Below, piece by piece: positions 58,280-64,000 of a stretch of DNA of 64,000 nt; positions within the stretch are counted from its first letter, which is position 1, and every line of letters begins with the position of its first letter. Below the pieces are notes generated by a model. The model saw only the letters and a program-made list of their open reading frames with translations. It had not been told where the DNA came from and did not search any database. Source of the DNA: Patescibacteria group bacterium (GTDB lineage: Bacteria > Patescibacteriota > Microgenomatia > UBA1400 > PJMF01); the NCBI GenBank assembly GCA_041747555.1, contig JBGTEY010000008.1, positions 3,557-67,556 of the forward strand, in the 5' to 3' direction. Both the position numbers and the translations under genes were made by a program.

Positions 58280-59287
58280 ATGTCTCATTGGTTCAAAAAC
58301 ATACTATCATCATTACTTGTAGCAACGACGGTGTTGTTGCTCAATGGATCAACTGTGTCTGCTGTTGAATCCAGCAAAGTTGGAATTCATATTCTTCACC
58401 CGCTTCAAATTCCGCAAGCTAAGGAATTGGTAGAAAATTCCGCAGATGAGTGGCAGTATGTGACGATCCCAGTGACTTTGGCAGATATTGATCGTCCTGA
58501 TGTTTGGGAGGAGTTTTTTAGTGATGCTGGTGAACATAAAATTATTCCGATAGTTCGATTGGCTACAGAATTTGAAGACGGTAATTGGCAAAAGCCGACC
58601 CGCCATGATGTGGTCGTTCTCCTTGATTTTTTACAACAATTTGAGTGGCCAACCGATCAAAAACACATTATTATCTATAACGAAGTCAACCATATGACCG
58701 AGTGGGGTGGTGAGATTGCGCCTGAAGAATATGCAGCAATACTCGAATTCGCTGCCGATTGGGCGCATACCGAACAAGTTGGCTTTGTAGTTTTGCCCGC
58801 AGCTATGGATTTGGCCGCGCCAAATGGTCCCAAAACTGCAGAGGCTTTCACCTACTGGAATCAAGTTTTGGCATCTCGCCCTGAAATTCTTGATAAAATT
58901 GATGCTTGGAATTCCCACGCTTACCCTAATCCAGGATTCACCTCCTCACCTAGAATTTCTGGAAAAAATAGAATAGATGGTTTTCTCTACGAGCTGGCAT
59001 ATCTTAAGAAGTACACAGATCGTGAATTCCCGATCTACATCACCGAAACCGGCTGGCGTGATACCACGCTGACCTCTGCTCGCTTGCATGAATATTATCA
59101 ATATGCCGACGATCATGTCTGGAATGATGAGCGGATCGTGGCAGTGACCCCGTTTGTACTGCAAGGTGCGCCCGGACCGTTTGCGGAATTTAGTTTTTTG
59201 GATGAGACAAGTAAGCCGACTGTACAAGGATTGGCACTACGTGCATTGGTCGATAGTGCTCAACAAACTGCCCTTATTGTTGAATAA
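58280..59287 (+). CDS. Secreted clan GH-A glycoside hydrolase-like protein
   Basis: Signal peptide; YNEVN acid/base, SHAYP, YITETGW nucleophile motifs. Confidence 0.75.
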   Translation: MSHWFKNILSSLLVATTVLLLNGSTVSAVESSKVGIHILHPLQIPQAKELVENSADEWQYVTIPVTLADIDRPDVWEEFFSDAGEHKIIPIVRLATEFEDGNWQKPTRHDVVVLLDFLQQFEWPTDQKHIIIYNEVNHMTEWGGEIAPEEYAAILEFAADWAHTEQVGFVVLPAAMDLAAPNGPKTAEAFTYWNQVLASRPEILDKIDAWNSHAYPNPGFTSSPRISGKNRIDGFLYELAYLKKYTDREFPIYITETGWRDTTLTSARLHEYYQYADDHVWNDERIVAVTPFVLQGAPGPFAEFSFLDETSKPTVQGLALRALVDSAQQTALIVE

Positions 59288-59343
59288 TATGTAACCTATT
59301 CTTAGGATTTCTAAAGTATAGTGCAGCAATCTGCACAATTTTT

Positions 59344-60114
59344 ATGTCAAAAAAATCACGCCTCACCATCACATTAGACGAGCGACTCTTAAAAGAAGTC
59401 GACCTTCTGGTTGATGGGAATAAAATTAGAAGTCGTTCTCATGCGATTGAAACTTTGGTCAGACACGGCCTGACCCCTCGAGTAACTGAGGCAGTTCTCT
59501 TGGCTGGTGGAGATCGTGAGCAGACCTATGCACTCAATCGCGATAGTGGTCGACCGCTTTTGGCTGGCACGATTGAAGACTTGAGAGCTGCGGGAATTAC
59601 CACAGTTTTTATTTGTGGAGGGAGAAATAATCAGGCAATTCAAGATGTGTTTGGTGATGGTGCGGATTTTGGGATTTCTCTTAAATATATTGAAGAAGAA
59701 AAAAATATGGGCACCGCAGGTGCCCTTACACTCGTGGAACCTGAAATGAGCGGCAAGTCAATTGTGGTTATTCATGATGACGTGATTTCTGAGATCGATT
59801 TTTCTGATGTTATTGAATTTCATATCGCAGAAAATACCCAAGCCACAATGGCGGTGAAACCAGAGTTTGACGAAGAACGCTACGGCCAGGTTATGCTCCA
59901 TGGCAACAAAATTACTGAGTTTAACGCCCGCGGAAGCAAGGGAATCAGCATCGTGAATCTGGGAATGTATGTGCTGACGCAAGAGGTGCTGCAAGGTATT
60001 CCGAGAAATTCATATTCTAAATTAGAGACCGATGTCTTTCCTGGACTTGCTGCTAATGGTGAGTTAAGTGGATTTGTGTATCAAGGGAGTTGGCGAAATG
60101 TGTCGCGTGGGTGA
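59344..60114 (+). CDS. Ribbon-helix-helix (CopG/NikR-like) domain fused to a nucleotidyltransferase domain
   Basis: RLTITLDERLLKEVD......SRSHAIE; LLAGG, FGDGADFG, MGTAGAL, YG.V, VNLGMYVL, LETDVFP. Confidence 0.82.
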   Translation: MSKKSRLTITLDERLLKEVDLLVDGNKIRSRSHAIETLVRHGLTPRVTEAVLLAGGDREQTYALNRDSGRPLLAGTIEDLRAAGITTVFICGGRNNQAIQDVFGDGADFGISLKYIEEEKNMGTAGALTLVEPEMSGKSIVVIHDDVISEIDFSDVIEFHIAENTQATMAVKPEFDEERYGQVMLHGNKITEFNARGSKGISIVNLGMYVLTQEVLQGIPRNSYSKLETDVFPGLAANGELSGFVYQGSWRNVSRG

Positions 60115-60387
60115 TTAGATTTCCGCAATCTCAATTTTGAGCTCAATTAATTCATTTTTTTGATCTTTCGTTAATTTTTTAATACTAAATTCGGCTTTTT
60201 GTGCCTCTGATCTTGAAGGATATTCTCTGCTAAAAACCAGCGCGACTGGTCTTCTTGGTCTAGTATATTTTGCTCCCAAACTGGACGTGTTGTGCTCCTC
60301 GACTCTGCGTTCAATATCGGTAGTAATGCCGGTGTATAGTGTGCCGTCGTTGCATTTGAGGATGTAGGTGTGGTAGGTTTTTGGCAT
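60115..60387 (-). CDS. Small GIY-YIG nuclease (UPF0213/YazA-like)
   Basis: YILKC.DGTLYTGITTD.ERR..EHN, GAKYTR.RRPV. Confidence 0.93.
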   Translation of the reverse strand: MPKTYHTYILKCNDGTLYTGITTDIERRVEEHNTSSLGAKYTRPRRPVALVFSREYPSRSEAQKAEFSIKKLTKDQKNELIELKIEIAEI

Positions 60388-60456
60388 TTTTCTAAAACTG
60401 CTTTTGTACGGGTATCATAGTCACACCGCGCTCACAAAACCACTACAACTGGTACA

Positions 60457-61599
60457 ATGCAGAAACACATGATGGAACAATTGCGCACGCGAATCCAACA
60501 AGCTGTTCAAGTACTTTTTTCACTCACTCCCCGACAAAAAGCAGTGTTACTTAGCGCTGTGCTCATCGGCACTGTGCTCAGTACCTATCTGGTGCTCATG
60601 CAGCAAGAAACTCCTCAAGTTGAGGCTGGGGAAGTGCTTGGTGTGCAACCAGAAGACCTGATGCTCACGGACCTTCCAGCGGACCCGATTCTAGAAGAAA
60701 CCAAGGTCATTACCATTCTCCTTCTTGGTTACGGAGGCGCAGGTCATCAAGGAGGAATGTTGTCTGATGCAATTCAGCTGGCGAGCATTGATTTTGAGAA
60801 GAAACAGATCAGTTTAGTATCTATTCCTCGTGATTTATCTGTCAAATTGCCCGGAGTCGGAGAGCGAAAAATTAACGAGGCATTTTCATTGGGTGACGGT
60901 GATGATGTGATTGAGAGCGGTGCGAATGTGGCAAAGCAGATGGCGCAAGCGGTTACGGGCATGCCCGTGCATTACTATGCAGCGATAGATTTTGTGGGAT
61001 TGAAACGCCTAATTGGTGAAGAATTTGGCGGCATTACCGTGCAAGTAGAAGAAACACTTGACGACCCTTGGTACCCCATTTCAGGTCGAGAACAAGATCC
61101 GTGTGAGTACTCACCTGATGAAATTGCTGAACTTACTAATACTCTCTCTGGATTTGAACTTGAAAGAAAATTTGAGTGCCGCTACGAGCATATTTACTTC
61201 CCGGTCGGTGAAGTTGAAATGAACGGTGGCGATGCGTTGGCATTTGTGCGATCGCGACATGGATCTGCAGGGGGTGATTTTTCTCGGAGTCGAAGGCAGT
61301 GGTCGTTGTTGTTGGCGATTCGTGATGAGTTGTTTTCTTTGGATGCGCTTAAATCTATCGAGCCAACCTATGAATTTGTGACAAAACATGTTTCTACCGA
61401 TGTTGACCTCAAATTTCTTACCAAAATTGCCCCTGCCCTTGCCAATTCTGAAGAATTTGAGGTAAAACGTGTTGGAATTAGTACGGATAATATTTTGATA
61501 TCAAGCAGAAATAGTCGCGGGCAGTTTGTTTTGTATCCCAAATCTGGAGCATCTGATTGGCAGAGTGTGCAGGATTATGTGGCGCGGGAGGTGGAGTGA
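60457..61599 (+). CDS. LCP (LytR-CpsA-Psr) family glycopolymer transferase
   Basis: N-terminal TM, ILLLG, LSDAI, SIPRDL, KINEA, ALAFVRSRH, DFSRSRRQ; true start may be a few codons downstream. Confidence 0.93.
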   Translation: MQKHMMEQLRTRIQQAVQVLFSLTPRQKAVLLSAVLIGTVLSTYLVLMQQETPQVEAGEVLGVQPEDLMLTDLPADPILEETKVITILLLGYGGAGHQGGMLSDAIQLASIDFEKKQISLVSIPRDLSVKLPGVGERKINEAFSLGDGDDVIESGANVAKQMAQAVTGMPVHYYAAIDFVGLKRLIGEEFGGITVQVEETLDDPWYPISGREQDPCEYSPDEIAELTNTLSGFELERKFECRYEHIYFPVGEVEMNGGDALAFVRSRHGSAGGDFSRSRRQWSLLLAIRDELFSLDALKSIEPTYEFVTKHVSTDVDLKFLTKIAPALANSEEFEVKRVGISTDNILISSRNSRGQFVLYPKSGASDWQSVQDYVAREVE

Positions 61600-62060
61600 T
61601 GTCTGAAGCTACATCCCCAAAATCAAACCGTCAACACTTCCTCGTCGCCGTTCATGCATTTTTTATGAAAAATAATACAGTGTTGCTGCTCAAAAGAGCC
61701 AATAGCGGGTACATGGATGGGTTTTGGAGCGTGCCTGCGGGGCATGTTGATGGTGGTGAGACAATTTGGGAGGCGATGCAACGGGAAATACTAGAGGAAA
61801 TTGGAATTGCTGTTTCTAAGGCGCCTACTCCCGCACATGTGATGCATCGAATTATTGCCAGTGAAGAATCTGAGCGGATTGATTATTTTTTCAAAATTAC
61901 TGATTGGAGTGGCGAGCCTGAAAATTGTGAGGATGAGAAGTGTGATGGGTTGGAGTGGTATTCTTCGAGTGATTTGCCTGAGAAGATGGTGCCGTATGTG
62001 AAGTTTGGGTTGGAGAAGGTTTTGGATGGGGTGATTTTTAGTGAGTTTCTGGAGGGGTGA
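61599..62060 (+). CDS. NUDIX hydrolase
   Basis: Nudix box GHVDGGETIWEAMQREILEEIG; start overlaps the LCP stop (TGATG). Confidence 0.92.
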   Translation: MSEATSPKSNRQHFLVAVHAFFMKNNTVLLLKRANSGYMDGFWSVPAGHVDGGETIWEAMQREILEEIGIAVSKAPTPAHVMHRIIASEESERIDYFFKITDWSGEPENCEDEKCDGLEWYSSSDLPEKMVPYVKFGLEKVLDGVIFSEFLEG

Positions 62061-62070
62061 AAATGTAATT

Positions 62071-62376
62071 ATGCAGCAAAAAATAACAATCAAAAACAAC
62101 CGCAATCTCCTCCTCTCTGCTCTTGTCGATCGACCACAAAAAAAAGGCGTTTTTCCCACAATCATGTTTTTGCATGGCTTCAAAGGATATAAAGAAGAAG
62201 CGTCCTATGTAGATCTAGCGGAGCGTTTATTGGAGCATGATATTGCTAGTGTTCGTTTTGATGCTTCTGGGTTTGGGGATAGCGAAGGGACTTTGGAGGA
62301 TGATTATCGATTTTCAAATTATATTGATGACACAGATCCGCATGAGCGATTGTCAACTACCTGGATAAAAAATTAA
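62071..62376 (+). pseudogene. 3'-truncated alpha/beta hydrolase
   Basis: LHGF.G, RFD.SG.GDSEG present; ORF ends before the GxSxG nucleophile and no continuation is visible. Confidence 0.75.
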
Positions 62377-62381
62377 AAAAC

Positions 62382-62989
62382 ATGAAAAAAAACATATCGA
62401 ACTACGTTCCATTTGAGCATGAGAATCTTGATTATAAGAAAAAAATTTTAGAAGTTGCGCGCGATCAAGACAATTCTTTGCAGGGTGTTTTAACTTCCAC
62501 ATTGATATTTATTAATGCAATTGATTATATTGCTTCTCACCTATTGGAAAACCTAAAAATAATAAATCATCTAATCACTCATAGAGAAATGGGAGGAGTT
62601 GTTTTTGTCGCTCATCCAAAACAAAAAAAGGTTCGCCTCTTGGAGTAATGATTAAAGATCTGAGAAATTACGATTTTCCTGATAAAAAAGATTTTATGAC
62701 AGAGTTGGATGAATTCAACAAATTGAGGATAACGTACATTCATAGACTTTTGTCTACCAATCCAGATGCAATTGTGAGTAAAATTGATAAAGACTTAGCC
62801 AATCTTAAAAACCTGGCTGAGAGTTTACTAATAAGATATGACAATCTTGTGAAAGGCGTCACAAGCTCATGGTTTGTATATTTAGAAAAAGTAAGAAATG
62901 AAACCGCGAGTGATATTCCAATTGAAGAATTAGAGAAAGAGTCGCCCATAGGTTCAAAAAAAGGAAAAAGCGATGCTTCCAGTAAGTAG
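62382..62989 (+). CDS. HEPN-like protein split into two frames (62382-62648 and 62648-62989) at A_AAA_AAG
   Basis: The -1 frame at 62624-62630 joins the ORFs as ...QKKGSPLGVMIKDL...FNKLRITYIH (Rx4H). Confidence 0.55.
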
Positions 62990-63041
62990 AAAAGTTTTTT
63001 CAAATTCGAAAAATAAGCAAAGAATTTGGTTCATAACTTTG

Positions 63042-63115
63042 TGAGCCAGGTGGGACTCGAACCCACGACACTCTGCTTAAGAGGCAGATGCTCTAACCGA
63101 CTGAGCTACTGGCCC
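63042..63115 (-). tRNA. tRNA-Lys(CTT)
   Basis: Reverse complement GGGCCAG...TCTGC-CT-CTT-AA-GCAGA...GGTTCGAGTCC...CTGGCTCA. Confidence 0.96.
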
Positions 63116-63175
63116 GACTTTCGTCGAGAGGTAATTATACCAAAAGAAGCCTGTATTTAGTGATACACTTTGGAT

Positions 63176-63820
63176 ATGACGTCTGAACAAGAAGCGGAGC
63201 TTCACAGGCGAGAAGCTATTAAACACGAAATTGCTCAGCTGTTCCCGGTTTCATTTGAGAAAATTCTCCTGTCATATCAAGGACTGGCACTGACGGAGAC
63301 CCTGACTGAGGACGACTTTTTTGCTGAAATGGCGGAGTTGATCGACGTCGTCTATGCGGGTGAGGAGTTTAGCGATGCGGTAAATATGGCACTGTATGCT
63401 CTCATGGAGGATACACTGCTCTTGGTCGACCAGGACCTTTCAAAAAGAAAAATCGACAGCATCACCATTGGTACCCTTCTTAATAAAATGCTCAATGCTG
63501 ATACTGAGCAACTCCTTAGGTTTGTGAATGAGCTCATTACCCTTCTCCAGAAGGGTCTGTCAAATGTTGTTGAGGCGGATGAATTTGTTTCCAGTCTCAG
63601 CGTAGAGGATGTTCTTGAGATGCCCGAGAAGTGGCGAGACATGCTGCATCAAAAACTATATCTTAAGGTGCGTTTTTTCATGCTTGGGCAAATGCTCAAT
63701 CTTGCTCCAGTTGCAGAAAAACATCTAAACACCATGGTTACGCAGTATAAAAAAGGCAATGAGTTGAGCGATACGGAGTTTTTGAAGGTTTGGTTGGATG
63801 AGACGTTGAGCGGAGAGTAA
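63176..63820 (+). CDS. Hypothetical acidic, helical protein
   Basis: Uninterrupted ORF between two tRNAs; ATG 6 nt after TGATACACT. Confidence 0.7.
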   Translation: MTSEQEAELHRREAIKHEIAQLFPVSFEKILLSYQGLALTETLTEDDFFAEMAELIDVVYAGEEFSDAVNMALYALMEDTLLLVDQDLSKRKIDSITIGTLLNKMLNADTEQLLRFVNELITLLQKGLSNVVEADEFVSSLSVEDVLEMPEKWRDMLHQKLYLKVRFFMLGQMLNLAPVAEKHLNTMVTQYKKGNELSDTEFLKVWLDETLSGE

Positions 63821-63827
63821 AAACCTG

Positions 63828-63901
63828 TGCGCCAGGAGGGATTCGAACCCCCGACCCTTTGTTCCGAAGACAAATGCTCTAATCCGCTGAGCTACTGGCG
63901 C
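63828..63901 (-). tRNA. tRNA-Arg(TCG)
   Basis: Reverse complement GCGCCAG...TTTGT-CT-TCG-GA-ACAAA...GGTTCGAATCC...CTGGCGCA. Confidence 0.95.
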
Positions 63902-64000
63902 GATAAGTTGGTATTATAGCACTATGCACCAAGAAGATGAATTGAGTCCAGAAGAATTTAGAGCGTTTAAATCATCTCAAGATCGTGGAACACCACTCAC

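Noticed and set aside
60115-60387. GIY-YIG ORF as a homing endonuclease or mobile element
   Set aside because: 90-aa stand-alone UPF0213-type protein with no DNA-binding extension or intron context.
62320-62380. attL/attR duplicate of the tRNA-Lys 3' end
   Set aside because: No convincing copy of TGAGCCAGGTGGGACTCGAACC was found by eye at the left boundary.

Overview
A gene-dense chromosomal segment of a reduced-genome bacterium, most likely Patescibacteria/CPR (Microgenomates-like). This assignment is inferred from the divergent 16S 530 loop, the stand-alone 16S gene, and shortened trigger factor, HolA, UvrC and MiaB. Most of the window is housekeeping: tig, miaB/miaA, rnpB, uppP, comM, gap, pyrH, femX-like, pcrA, tpiA, lon, clpB, 16S rRNA, mnmA, uvrABC, folC, lexA, a gpmI-eno-ppsA-like-pgi/pmi-NTP-transferase-pmm sugar operon, holA, an LCP protein and five tRNAs. 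No CRISPR array, transposase or prophage was seen. The strongest candidate for an undescribed system is 27105-32665. Two convergent operons there encode three different ATP-grasp peptide ligases (a circularly permuted one, a RimK-like one, and an ATPgrasp_ST type fused to a catalytically dead RimB-like protease domain). They also encode a DUF1704 metallo-carboxypeptidase with eukaryotic MATCAP-like motifs and a 7TM membrane protein ending in -EEEE. Together these suggest a writer/eraser system for C-terminal amino-acid tailing. Other signals: a 233-nt dual-coding overlap (UvrC GIY-YIG motif over a transglutaminase membrane anchor), a candidate ~70-nt sRNA with its own promoter and terminator, a HEPN-like gene split at an A_AAA_AAG slippery site, an enolase lacking its catalytic Glu next to a PpsA pseudoenzyme, CIRCE boxes before lon and clpB, a candidate direct-repeat LexA box, and pervasive near-leaderless gene starts. 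All family calls come from motif recognition by eye, not database searches. Several starts were moved downstream of the ORF-track start.
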